Source: an uncultured beta proteobacterium
Lineage (GTDB): Bacteria; Pseudomonadota; Gammaproteobacteria; Burkholderiales; SG8-39
DNA: 64,000 bases
Direction: 5' to 3'
Assembly (NCBI GenBank): GCA_963810475.1
Contig: CAWENY010000015.1
Coordinates: forward strand, 399-64,398
The notes under the pieces were generated by a model. That model was not told the origin of the DNA. It did no database searches and worked only from the letters and a program-made list of their open reading frames with translations. This document shows, piece after piece, positions 10,601 to 18,783 of this stretch (position 1 is its first letter; every line of letters begins with the position of its first letter). The position numbers and the translations under genes were made by a program.

Positions 10601-12652
10601 GCGGTAGGTATCGTCGATCGAGCCGAAGGCCCGGCCGGCGGCGGTCTTCATCATCTTCAGGCGCGAACGGTAGTAGGTGTACCAGTTCGCGAAGTTGGTC
10701 ATCTCCTCCGCATAGCTGCAGGTGGAGCTCAGGCAGTCGATTCGTCCGCCGGCTTTAGGATAGGTGTTGACCGCCGGCGTGATGTCGGTGCGGCTGAATC
10801 TGCCCACGCCGATGCGCACGGTGCGCGTGCCGCTGAAAGCATCGGCGCCGCCGGACATGGTGGTCACCGTGGTGGCGATCGTGGGGCCTTCGGCGCCTCC
10901 CGCAAACGTGTCGAAGGTGAAGCCCGGCTGCGGGTTTGCTGGCGTCCCCGGAGACCCGGTCCCCGAGGTACCGGACACGTTAGACAGCGAGCCGTTCGGT
11001 GAGGAGGCGGCTGATATTGGGGCCCGGATCTCGATCTTGTTCTGGCCGGTAATCCTCACGGCGGAATAACCGCCGCCCGCGGCGCAGGCCGTGATGCGCG
11101 CCGCCATGGCGTCGAGGACCGAACCGACTTCCAGCAGCTCGTTCCAGCCACCCGAGGCAACGATGTAGCCGTTCGGCGCGGTGGCATTGACCGAGTTGCC
11201 GAAGCTTTCCGTCGTTCCCAGCGCACAAAGGAGCTGGGTGCCGCCGACGGTGATCGAATTGATGGTGCGCATGGTGTTGGAGTTCACCGTGGCGAGCGTG
11301 ATCGTGCCCTTCGCCGCGGCGGAAGGTGCAGTACTCGTACTAATCACGATCGCCGCGCCGGTACCAGCGGATCCCGGCGTTTGCTGCGTGACGATGACGT
11401 TGCTGCCGAACGCCGTCGCGTTGAACGACGGATCGGGATTGATCGCCGCGGCGATTGCACTGGCGGCATTGCCGGTCGAGCTGCCGGAGGGAATGGAAAG
11501 CGGTCCAGTGAAGACGGTGGTGCCGCCGATCGTGATGCTGTTGATGGTGCCGCCGCCCGCGTTCACGGAGCCGACCGTGATCTGGCCTTCATTCGATACC
11601 GCCGCGAAGCTGCCGGCGTCACTCCTGGTGGTACCGAGATGCTTGGCGTGGACGAAGCTCCCGGTCTTCTTGCGCTGGCAGGTCTGCAGCGTTCCGGCAT
11701 CGGAGCACCAGCGCACTCCGGAGAAGGTGTGCGAAGCGGTCACCGCCGAGCCGGCGGCGCAATTGGTCAACTCGTTATCGGTGCAGAATTCCACCGCCTG
11801 CAATGTATGAGCGGTGGTGATGGCTGAGCCGCTCCTGCAGTCGGTGCCGGCGGGCAGGCAGTACTGCGCAGTCTGCATGCGGTAATAGTACGGAGCCGTA
11901 TTGACGTATTTCGGGGTGACGTTGTCGGTCCCGTTGCCGTACGGAAACTGGTAGTTCGGAAAAGTGTAGGCGCTGTTCTGCCGGCAATTGCCGCCGGTGG
12001 CAACATCGCCGGGGGCCGTGCACCACACCCGATCCGGATAACCCGTGGCCAGGTCGACTTCCGTGGCGGCTGCGAGGGCTGTTTCGTTGGGAGAGACCGT
12101 ATTGATAAAACCGTCACCGTTGGCATCGACCAGCTGGTGCCAGTTCTCGACGTTGTACGCATCCGTGACCACCTGCGTCCAGTTCGCCGTGTTCAGCGCG
12201 TTCATGCTCGGCAGTTGGACGCCGTTGTAATTGACCGCCGGGCGATAAAAGATCGCCGGGTTGTAGTAGATGGTGTTGAAGTCCGGGCTGTTATAGGGCG
12301 GATCGCCGGGCCGGCACGCGTTGATGGTGCCGGCGATATCGCCGGCGGCTTCGCCATCGCCGGTGTCGCCGTTGTCGAAGCAGGCCGCCGTGCCGGGGAT
12401 CAGGACGCCGAGGGTGGACGGTGCGGCCGGCGTCGGCGCCACCACGTACTCCGGCATGAATTCCCGGTACATGCTGCCGGAATCGTCGAGCAGGAACATC
12501 ACGTTCGGCTTGATCGACGTGGTGGCCGTGCCGAGGGGCTCGGTGGCCAGGGTCAGGGTCCCCGACTCGACCGCGGAACTGAAGCCGAGCGCGCCCGCGA
12601 CTGACAGCGCGAGGCCGGCGAGCTTCGGGGGGCGGCGGTAAGTGAGGTTCAT
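7643..12652 (-). CDS. pilY1: type IV pilus tip-associated adhesin/biogenesis factor PilY1 (1669 aa, unusually large)
   Basis: Signal peptide. vWA MIDAS MFLLDDSGSM, then NFANWYTYYRSR and FAILSTDGYWN. C-terminal beta-propeller signature VYGGDLAGNLWRFDL. Sits directly after pilX in a minor-pilin operon. Confidence 0.9.
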   Translation of the reverse strand: MNLTYRRPPKLAGLALSVAGALGFSSAVESGTLTLATEPLGTATTSIKPNVMFLLDDSGSMYREFMPEYVVAPTPAAPSTLGVLIPGTAACFDNGDTGDGEAAGDIAGTINACRPGDPPYNSPDFNTIYYNPAIFYRPAVNYNGVQLPSMNALNTANWTQVVTDAYNVENWHQLVDANGDGFINTVSPNETALAAATEVDLATGYPDRVWCTAPGDVATGGNCRQNSAYTFPNYQFPYGNGTDNVTPKYVNTAPYYYRMQTAQYCLPAGTDCRSGSAITTAHTLQAVEFCTDNELTNCAAGSAVTASHTFSGVRWCSDAGTLQTCQRKKTGSFVHAKHLGTTRSDAGSFAAVSNEGQITVGSVNAGGGTINSITIGGTTVFTGPLSIPSGSSTGNAASAIAAAINPDPSFNATAFGSNVIVTQQTPGSAGTGAAIVISTSTAPSAAAKGTITLATVNSNTMRTINSITVGGTQLLCALGTTESFGNSVNATAPNGYIVASGGWNELLEVGSVLDAMAARITACAAGGGYSAVRITGQNKIEIRAPISAASSPNGSLSNVSGTSGTGSPGTPANPQPGFTFDTFAGGAEGPTIATTVTTMSGGADAFSGTRTVRIGVGRFSRTDITPAVNTYPKAGGRIDCLSSTCSYAEEMTNFANWYTYYRSRLKMMKTAAGRAFGSIDDTYRVGFITINPGNPVSSTKYLKVSDFTGGATGHKRAWYSKFYSQSAANFTPLREALSRVGWMFAGQLNTGLTSGIPATDDPMTASCQPNFAILSTDGYWNKEGGQDLSGTAMGNQDNLDSGYSTRASGAFDGGLLSGTTASETVTGGAGTLADVAMYYYKTDLRTSGAFASNNVPVTNNDTNAAQHMVTFTLGLGLDGELTYRSDYQTATTGDFASIKSGLKNWPSPRGDTPSALDDLWHAAVNGRGAFFSARDPDTLSTALTQTLSGLQTRIGAGAAAATSNLQPVAGDNFAFTAQYQTADWIGDLKAKTIDLSSGIVSDVTLWSASSLLNLQAHAARNIFTYDPSDSAGNLMKHLCWPAAGGSTCTDGSGLTLDEQGYFRPTQLAQYPLIEADPGKLAAVSAEKVLNFFRGERTYEDSGGGAASDLFRLRNSILGDIINAQPAYVKKSPFLYGDAGYAAFQSSTNSRRGTVYAAANDGYLHAFETDVNNNPYFQTAGIGFPFVTTDDTFQGNNSGNGVERWAYVPGIVLPNVWRLANKPYSHRYLTDGSPQVGDICVSSACGLPPSGTATASDWRTILVAGLNSGGIGYYALDVTDPMPSGVKVLWEFTNRGVCYSDTEIAVGDKTSDCHLGLSYGNPLITKIKTGPGPTAPSKWVVIVTSGYNNTVSGGDGRGYLYILEASTGRILHRLATPVGSAASPSGLAKINGWATNANLDNTVLAVYGGDLAGNLWRFDLDPEGGVDGGGVPVVKPGFLSTVRVATVVDAGGVAQPITVKPELGPVPNQPNDRLILFGTGKFLENTDKTDMSDQTIYALKDVPSVTAGPIISAVRSNPLIKVRQFAAFSADDPDRTVAAGTVPNWATDFGWLLDLPDDGERVNVDPQLQLGTLVVASNVPSNNTCTAGGFSWLNFLDYATGSFVPGATDSMASIKVASSLAVGINVIMLPGGKVVTIVTTADNQQLTQNTPVPSSSFAGRRVSWRELIKE

Positions 12653-12680
12653 GGAGGACTCCGACGGTTCAAAATCGGGA

Positions 12681-13268
12681 TCAGTTCAAGATCGCTTGGA
12701 CGTAGCTCAACGTGTTGCGCGGGCCCCTGACACGCACGGTGACCCGGTAATAGATGGTGCTGATGCCCGGCAGCGCCTGCACGCCATAGCTCACGACGCC
12801 CTTGGTGCCGAGGCCCGACGACCCCGAGCCGCCGCCGGCCGAGGCCTGCATGCATTTGGCGGACGCATCGGACGGCGCGCCGGTGCCGCCGCACAGCCGG
12901 TGGATGACGTAGGCAATTGTGTACGCCGGGTCCGGAGCAGCGACCGTAGCTGCCTGGGCCCAGTTGTAGTTGTCGCTCGAAACCGGCGCCGTGCCGAGGA
13001 AATTGACGCCGAGCTGGTAATTCGCCCAGTAGTGCAGCGCGCCGCCGGGCTGATTATTGTTGAGCGAGGCCGCATTGGCCGATAGCCAGGCGCGCGCCGC
13101 TTCCACGCCAGTGTCCGCGTACATGGTGTTGGCCTGGCGAAACGCGAGGTTGCCCGCGATCAGCACGTTGGTGTCGACCGAGCGCATGAGCGCGATGCCG
13201 GCGAGGGTCATCGCCACCAGGATGATGAGCGAGACGAAAAGGACCACGCCCTGTTGCGCGCGCCTCAT
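12681..13268 (-). CDS. pilX: type IV pilus minor pilin/assembly protein PilX
   Basis: ATG at 13268 forms an ATGA overlap with the pilW stop. N-terminus MRRAQQGVVLFVSLIILVAMTLAGIALMRSVDTNVLIAGN is typical of the PilX N-terminal domain. Confidence 0.8.
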   Translation of the reverse strand: MRRAQQGVVLFVSLIILVAMTLAGIALMRSVDTNVLIAGNLAFRQANTMYADTGVEAARAWLSANAASLNNNQPGGALHYWANYQLGVNFLGTAPVSSDNYNWAQAATVAAPDPAYTIAYVIHRLCGGTGAPSDASAKCMQASAGGGSGSSGLGTKGVVSYGVQALPGISTIYYRVTVRVRGPRNTLSYVQAILN

Positions 13269-14404
13269 GCCGGTCTCCAGATCATGTTGCGCAACGGAAC
13301 AATGGTTTCGAACACGCGGTACTTGTAGCAACTGGGCAGAGCGCCGGCGACCATCAGCGTCGGAAAGTCCTGCAGCGCGCCCGCGTCTCCCCATTGCGGC
13401 CGGGTGGCGCTGACGGTGGCTTCGCAGGGGCCGCCGGCGACGCTCGGACGCTCCCAGTTGCCGCTGCGCGCCAGCACGGAGACACGCACCGCGAGTACCT
13501 GCTGCCATTGGGCGCCGTTCGTCGGCGTCACGGTGTTCCAGGTCTCGACTACGCCATTATCGTCGGTGTCCTTGCCGTATTCGGCTTGCAGGTCGACGAT
13601 GTCGTCGATGATCGGCACCGCGGTCGCGGCTAATGTCGGCCCGCCGCTGGTGACGACTTCCTGAAACTGCAGCTTGCTCTTGGTCACGGCCTCGATCGAG
13701 TACGTGCGCCAGATCGGGTTGCCCAGGTTGAAGAGATTCGAACCCGCGGGGAACGCAGGCAGCGGGCTGCCGCCGCCGGCCGGATTCCACAGCGAGGTAC
13801 CCGGGTTGTGCTGCAGGTGGGAGGCCGCATCCTGCACCTGCGTCACCTGCGTCATCATGCAGCTGCCGCCGTTGGTGACGAGGACGAGGTCGTTGATGGT
13901 GTAGCCGGCGGTGCCGTCGACCTTGAATTCCGCGGACGGTTGCGGCATCGTTTCCGTGAGCTTGCCCGGCAGCATGCGCTCCGGATCGTTGCCGTAAAGC
14001 AGCGTGATGGTGTCCGGCAGGTCGGGCGTTTCTCTAATCATTACCGGCACGAACTCGAGCGGCGGAAGTGCACCGCCTGCCGGCCCCGGCGGGCTGGAGT
14101 AGACGCCGTTGTAGAAGTACTGCACCGAGCTGCAGTTCGGGTTTGCCACCTTGTCGCAGGTGCAGCCGAGCGCCCCGGAGTGGTTGAGGCCGAAACCGGC
14201 CATGCGGATGTCGCGCTCCAGCGTATAGAGCGCAATGGCGCCATTGACCTGCGCAGTGCCCGAGCCGGTCGTCGAACGCTTGTACTGCTCGTTCGTCAAG
14301 TACAGGTGAGTGATGATGGTGATGCCGATCAGGCCGATCGCCATCCCGACCATCAGCTCGACCAAACTCATACCCGACTGGCGGGTGCGACCGAGCGGGC
14401 TCAT
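13265..14404 (-). CDS. pilW: type IV pilus assembly protein PilW (minor pilin)
   Basis: ATG at 14404 forms an ATGA overlap with the pilV stop. Prepilin-type N-terminus QSGMSLVELMVGMAIGLIGI. Size and operon position fit PilW. Confidence 0.85.
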   Translation of the reverse strand: MSPLGRTRQSGMSLVELMVGMAIGLIGITIITHLYLTNEQYKRSTTGSGTAQVNGAIALYTLERDIRMAGFGLNHSGALGCTCDKVANPNCSSVQYFYNGVYSSPPGPAGGALPPLEFVPVMIRETPDLPDTITLLYGNDPERMLPGKLTETMPQPSAEFKVDGTAGYTINDLVLVTNGGSCMMTQVTQVQDAASHLQHNPGTSLWNPAGGGSPLPAFPAGSNLFNLGNPIWRTYSIEAVTKSKLQFQEVVTSGGPTLAATAVPIIDDIVDLQAEYGKDTDDNGVVETWNTVTPTNGAQWQQVLAVRVSVLARSGNWERPSVAGGPCEATVSATRPQWGDAGALQDFPTLMVAGALPSCYKYRVFETIVPLRNMIWRPA

Positions 14405-14829
14405 GGTGTGGCGGCTCCTTTGATGCGGTTGACCATCTGCAGGCGCCGGGTCGTGGATTCGCCGGGCTGCTGCCAGAGAACGGTGACGGTGACTTCGCCG
14501 GTCACCGTGTCGACCTCGATCGTCGGGCGCGTCGCCCCTGCGATGTCGACGCCGGGGAGGGTCTTCAAAACTTTGGTCTCCCAATCGTCGCGCGGCGCGA
14601 AAGCGCCGGAGTCCTTGTCGAAGTCGCCGATGTTGGCGATATCGAGCCACATCCGCCCGATGACTTCCGTCGCGAGGAACGAGGCTTCGCTCCGGTAGCG
14701 CGCGTCGGCGGTGTTGCGGATGGCCGTGGCTTGCATGCCGATGAGGGCCAGGATGCCGATGGAGAAGATCAGGATCCCGAGCAGCGCCTCGATCAGCATC
14801 ACGCCCGCTTGCGATTTGGCTATGCGCAT
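14401..14829 (-). CDS. pilV: type IV pilus modification/minor pilin PilV
   Basis: Start MRIAKSQAGVMLIEALLGILIFSIGILALIGMQ, the PilV-type N-terminal methylation motif. About 143 aa. Confidence 0.85.
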   Translation of the reverse strand: MRIAKSQAGVMLIEALLGILIFSIGILALIGMQATAIRNTADARYRSEASFLATEVIGRMWLDIANIGDFDKDSGAFAPRDDWETKVLKTLPGVDIAGATRPTIEVDTVTGEVTVTVLWQQPGESTTRRLQMVNRIKGAATP

Positions 14830-14836
14830 GGAGTCC

Positions 14837-15460
14837 TCAGCACCGTCTGGGGTCCGTGACGTCCGCGGGGTCGACCGCCGGATCGCACATGCGAACCGTG
14901 CCCCCAGCGTTGATGGCAATGCGCAAGCAGCGCATCGGTTCGTTTCCGGCCAAGGTCTTGCAAGCGCCGTTACCCGGATTAGTGATGTTGATCTGAGTGA
15001 ATGCGGCGGGCGCTGTCGGTGGCTGGACCAGGCGGCCGAGGCCGTTGAACCATACGCTGCTGCCGCCGGTCGCCGTGACGACTGCGTTCGGCGAGCCTTC
15101 CGCACTGGAGCGCTTCTGGATGATCTGCGGCGCAACCGTCTCGGAGGCGTCCGTATTGCACAGCCCGCTCGCATCGCCGAGGCTGACCACCCAGTTCCTG
15201 CCGGTCGCCGACAGCGCGCAGGCCGAAGTGACCGTATCCACGAGCTGAAAGCGCACGGTGGTGTTGCGCTTGAGCGCCTCGGCACGGGCGAGTTGCAGCC
15301 CGGCCTGCATGCCCTCGGCCGCGGTGCGGATCTGCGTGTTTTGTATCCAGATGCCCATGTTCGGTAGCGCGATCATGATCAGCATGCCCAGCACCGCGAG
15401 CGTGATCATCAGCTCGATCAGGCTGAAGCCGTCCGCTGCGCGAGGCCGGAAATTCAGCAT
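14837..15460 (-). CDS. GspH/FimT-family minor (pseudo)pilin (FimT/FimU-like)
   Basis: Prepilin motif DGFSLIELMITLAVLGMLIMIALP. LQLARAEALKRNTTVRF is typical of the GspH/FimT domain. Lies upstream of pilV, as fimT/fimU does in Pseudomonas. Confidence 0.8.
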   Translation of the reverse strand: MLNFRPRAADGFSLIELMITLAVLGMLIMIALPNMGIWIQNTQIRTAAEGMQAGLQLARAEALKRNTTVRFQLVDTVTSACALSATGRNWVVSLGDASGLCNTDASETVAPQIIQKRSSAEGSPNAVVTATGGSSVWFNGLGRLVQPPTAPAAFTQINITNPGNGACKTLAGNEPMRCLRIAINAGGTVRMCDPAVDPADVTDPRRC

Positions 15461-15930
15461 TGCGACGGTTTTTTCAGCACCCAGCAGGTGGTGTTCGCGG
15501 CGTAGCCCTTGGTCGCCATGACCCCGCTCACCGTGGTCGTGCGCGCATTCGCGTGGTTCAGGGTGAACGCGATACCGTCGAGTCCCTGCCCGGCGATCCC
15601 GGAAGCCGTGAGCGTGTACTGCTGGTCGCCGGCGGCGTTGACCGCAGTAGAGGCGCAGGTAAAGGTGAAATAGCGCGCGTTCACGACCGTGGGGGTATTA
15701 CCGCCAGGGATACCGCAGGTGCCGCCGCCCGTAGTTGTGCTGTAGCGGCGGTTGTCCATGTAGTACTGCTCCATCTTCACCCGCAAGTCGCCGAGCATCC
15801 CGTGCGCCTCGGTGAACTTGCTGCGTGTGATGTAGTCGGTGTAGTTCGGCACCGCAATGGCGGCGAGAATGGCGATGATCGCCACGGTGATCATGAGTTC
15901 GATCAGCGTAAAACCCTGCTTGAAGCGCAT
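15454..15930 (-). CDS. pilE: type IV pilin-like minor pilin PilE
   Basis: MRFKQGFTLIELMITVAIIAILAAIAVPNYTDYITRSKF is a class III signal/N-methylation motif. C-terminal Cys pair. GGGAGGG Shine-Dalgarno sequence upstream. Confidence 0.85.
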   Translation of the reverse strand: MRFKQGFTLIELMITVAIIAILAAIAVPNYTDYITRSKFTEAHGMLGDLRVKMEQYYMDNRRYSTTTGGGTCGIPGGNTPTVVNARYFTFTCASTAVNAAGDQQYTLTASGIAGQGLDGIAFTLNHANARTTTVSGVMATKGYAANTTCWVLKKPSQC

Positions 15931-16084
15931 TGAACCCTCCCTGGTTCGATTTGCATGCTAAGGAGGCCGCGGGCACGCCGGCAAAACCCGGCGACCAGCG
16001 GTGGCAATCGCCGACCGGACGGTGCGGCGCGGCGCAACATAACGGAACAAGTTCACGCCCGCCGCCGCACTGCAGCATGCACGC

Positions 16085-16090
16085 TATAAT
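16085..16090 (+). promoter_or_regulatory. candidate -10 box (TATAAT) for the tRNA-Thr gene
   Basis: Perfect TATAAT 13 nt upstream of the mature tRNA 5' end. I could not find a convincing -35 element. Confidence 0.35.
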
Positions 16091-16103
16091 CGCCCGCTTC
16101 TAC

Positions 16104-16179
<76 letters not shown>

Positions 16180-16190
16180 ACAAGGTCCGA

Positions 16191-16574
16191 ATGGCCGCAA
16201 CCATCCTGGTCGTCGACGACGACGAAAGCATCCGCGACCTGCTGCGCCTGCATTTGAGCGCCGCCGGTTACGAGGTGAATGTCGCCGAGGACGCGATCGC
16301 CGCGGGTTACCTCGTGCTGCGCAGCCCGCCCGATCTGATCATCTCGGACATCAACATGCCGCACATGGACGGCTTCGAGTTCGTTGCCGCGCTGAAGGCC
16401 GACAAGACGCTGCCGCGCATTCCGGTAATCTTCCTGACTTCCTACGACGACGGCGACGACCGCGGCCGTGCGCTCGGCGCGGTGGGCTACATCACGAAAC
16501 CGGTGCGCGCCGACCGGCTGCTGGCGGTGGTGGCGCAGCACATCCCGGGCGGCGGGACACTTCCGATCGGCTAG
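16191..16574 (+). CDS. single-domain response regulator (CheY-like receiver)
   Basis: 127 aa. ILVVDDDESIRDLL, phospho-acceptor context LIISDINMPHMDGFEF, and conserved YITKP. Confidence 0.9.
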   Translation: MAATILVVDDDESIRDLLRLHLSAAGYEVNVAEDAIAAGYLVLRSPPDLIISDINMPHMDGFEFVAALKADKTLPRIPVIFLTSYDDGDDRGRALGAVGYITKPVRADRLLAVVAQHIPGGGTLPIG

Positions 16575-16580
16575 CCGGGG

Positions 16581-17246
16581 CTAGGGGCAGTCCTTCAGTT
16601 CGCTGCCTTCGACCTGGCGCGCGATTTCCTTCAGGCGCAGCTGCAGCGGTGCATCCACACCTTTCACCTGCAGCCAGACTTTCGGCACCACCGTCTCGCG
16701 CGCGCCGACGCGCGCGGTGCGCACCCCCTGGCCGCGGAGCGCTGCGAGCCGCGCCTGGGCCGCTTCCTCGGTTCGGAACACCCCGAGCGACAGCGCCCAG
16801 CGATACGGGCCTTCGTCCTGCACCACGAAGTAGTCCTCGACGCCGAGCTGCTTCAGCTCAGCCGCTTTCCTGAGCGCGCTCTGGCGATTGTCTTGCGGCG
16901 GGATGAACACCCACCAGCCGGCTTGCTCATCGCTGCGCCGCTGCGCCAGGCGGGCGCCGAGCGCGAGCGGCTCGAGCGCCTGCTCGGCGCGCGCCACGTC
17001 GGCGACGGTGAAGCTGCCCCATTCCAGGCAGGCGGCCGCGCTCGCCGGCGCGGAAGCCGGAGGCGACGGCGCAGGCTTGGGCGCGGCGGATACCGGCGGC
17101 AGGGCGGCCGGTGCCACGACCTTCAGCTTGTCGGGCGCGATCTGCCGCGACAATGGCGCCGGGGCGGCATTGTCCGGCACGCCGTAGCGCCACCACGCAT
17201 ACAGCACGAGGTTGGCGAGCAGCAGCGCCAGGAAAAGCGCCCTCAC
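16581..17246 (-). CDS. SPOR-domain (peptidoglycan-binding) protein
   Basis: GTG at 17246 forms a GTGA overlap with the coaX stop. One TM segment (LFLALLLANLVLYAWW), a Pro/Ala linker, then two SPOR-like beta-alpha-beta units (WWVFIPPQ..ALRKAAELKQLGV; WALSLGVFRTEEAAQARLAALRGQGV). Confidence 0.8.
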   Translation of the reverse strand: MRALFLALLLANLVLYAWWRYGVPDNAAPAPLSRQIAPDKLKVVAPAALPPVSAAPKPAPSPPASAPASAAACLEWGSFTVADVARAEQALEPLALGARLAQRRSDEQAGWWVFIPPQDNRQSALRKAAELKQLGVEDYFVVQDEGPYRWALSLGVFRTEEAAQARLAALRGQGVRTARVGARETVVPKVWLQVKGVDAPLQLRLKEIARQVEGSELKDCP

Positions 17247-17995
17247 TTGGCGAGCGCGCGCTCGCCGATCGCGATGCGCGCGAGCCCGTCGAGCACCAGG
17301 TTTTCCACGTAGCGCCGCGGCATGGAAAGCTGATCGACCAGGCTGCGTCCGGCGCCGCCGGCGACGATGCACAGCGGGTTGAGCTCGATGTCGCGCAGTA
17401 CGCGGTACATGCGCTCCACCGCGCCGGCCTGGGCATGGCGGCAGCCGGTCTCAATCGCGTCGGCAGTCTTGCGCGGCTGGTCCCGGTAGCTGCCCACATC
17501 GAGCGGCAGGCGGCCGGTGTGCTCGTGCAGCACGAAGCGCATCAGCTCCGCGCCGGGCAGGATGGCGCCGCCGAGAAAGCGCCCGTCACCCGACAGCATG
17601 TCCACGGTGGTCGCGGTGCCGGCGTTCACCACCAGCGCGGGCCCGGAAGGATGCAGCGCGCGCGCAGCGATCAACGCCGCCCAGCGGTCGGGTCCGAGCT
17701 GCTCGGGGCGCTCGTAAAGATTGCGCACGCCGCATTGCTCGGCGCCGGCGCGCAGCCACAGCGGCGCGACATCGAAGATACTGGTCCAGTTCACCAGCAG
17801 CTGGTGCGCGCCTTCGCCGGCGACGTTGGAGATGATGATGCGCTCCGGATCGTCGTGGGTGATCGAGAACGGATTGACGTGATCGCTGGTGGCGGCGAAC
17901 TCGATCAGCGAGACCGTGGCGACGCTCGACCAGGCATTGCCGTCATACCACCCCCACTTGACCCGAGAATTGCCGGCGTCGATCGCCAGGATCAT
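17243..17995 (-). CDS. coaX: type III pantothenate kinase
   Basis: ATG at 17995 (MILAIDAGNSRVKWGW) forms an ATGA overlap with the birA stop. VVNAGTATTVD motif. The birA-coaX pairing is conserved. Confidence 0.9.
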   Translation of the reverse strand: MILAIDAGNSRVKWGWYDGNAWSSVATVSLIEFAATSDHVNPFSITHDDPERIIISNVAGEGAHQLLVNWTSIFDVAPLWLRAGAEQCGVRNLYERPEQLGPDRWAALIAARALHPSGPALVVNAGTATTVDMLSGDGRFLGGAILPGAELMRFVLHEHTGRLPLDVGSYRDQPRKTADAIETGCRHAQAGAVERMYRVLRDIELNPLCIVAGGAGRSLVDQLSMPRRYVENLVLDGLARIAIGERALAK

Positions 17996-18774
17996 TGGGC
18001 CCTCGCCGAGACGACCCGGCCGCTGCGCACGGTGCGCACGCCTCTGCGCGTGACGAGCCGTAGCGCGCCGTCTTCCGCCAAGCCGCCGGCCACGCCGGTC
18101 ATCACGCGGCCGTCGGCCAGCCGCACGCGCAGCCGCTGCCCGGCATGCGCGTCCATCGCTTCCCATTCGGCGCGCAACGCGTCCAGCCCGCCGGCTTCGA
18201 ATGCATCGAGCGCGGCGAGCAGCGCGGTTGCCGTGCCTTGCAAAATCTCATTTCTCGAGACCGCGACAAAGTCGCCGACGAACGCCACTTCACGCCCCAG
18301 CTTGGCGGCGAGACCTCGCGTGCGCCGGCAGTTGATGCCCAGGCCGATCACCGCGTAGCTTCCGTCGCTGCGGCTGCTGCCGGGCGTGCGCGCTTCCACC
18401 AGGATCCCGCCAAGCTTGGCGCCGCCGACCACGAGGTCATTCGGCCATTTCAGCGCCGCTTCGCGCACGCCGATGACCCGCAGGGCGCGCGCTGCGGCGA
18501 CGCCGGCGACGAGCGAGAGCGCGGCGAGCTCGCGCGCGGGCCGGCGGATGCGCCGGCCGAGCGAGAAGGTGAGGCCGGCGCCGGGCGCGCTATGCCAGCG
18601 CCGGCCGCGCCGGCCGCGCCCCGCGGTCTGCTCCTCGGCGGCGAGCAGCGCCGGCTCGGCGCCCGGTTGCTTGAGCAGCACGTCATTGGTGGAGGTGCAG
18701 CGGTCCACGATGCGCACTTCTACGCCGGGCAGGATGATTGCGGCGCTATGAAGCGGGTCCGATGCGCGATCCAT
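17992..18774 (-). CDS. birA: biotin--[acetyl-CoA-carboxylase] ligase (no N-terminal HTH)
   Basis: Signature QTAGRGRRGRRWHSAPG and KWPNDLVVGGAKLGGILVE. 260 aa. Confidence 0.9.
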   Translation of the reverse strand: MDRASDPLHSAAIILPGVEVRIVDRCTSTNDVLLKQPGAEPALLAAEEQTAGRGRRGRRWHSAPGAGLTFSLGRRIRRPARELAALSLVAGVAAARALRVIGVREAALKWPNDLVVGGAKLGGILVEARTPGSSRSDGSYAVIGLGINCRRTRGLAAKLGREVAFVGDFVAVSRNEILQGTATALLAALDAFEAGGLDALRAEWEAMDAHAGQRLRVRLADGRVMTGVAGGLAEDGALRLVTRRGVRTVRSGRVVSARAQ

Positions 18775-18783
18775 TCCGCTAGT

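Noticed and set aside
15931-16103. Sigma-54 (GG-N10-GC) promoter upstream of pilE. The same search was made upstream of the panB-like gene (61993-62074).
   Set aside because: No TGGCAC-N5-TTGCW-like element with correct spacing was found by eye. The 6-bp inverted repeat GTTTCC-CCA-GGAAAC at 62055-62069 lacks a T-tract and is too weak to call as a terminator or operator.
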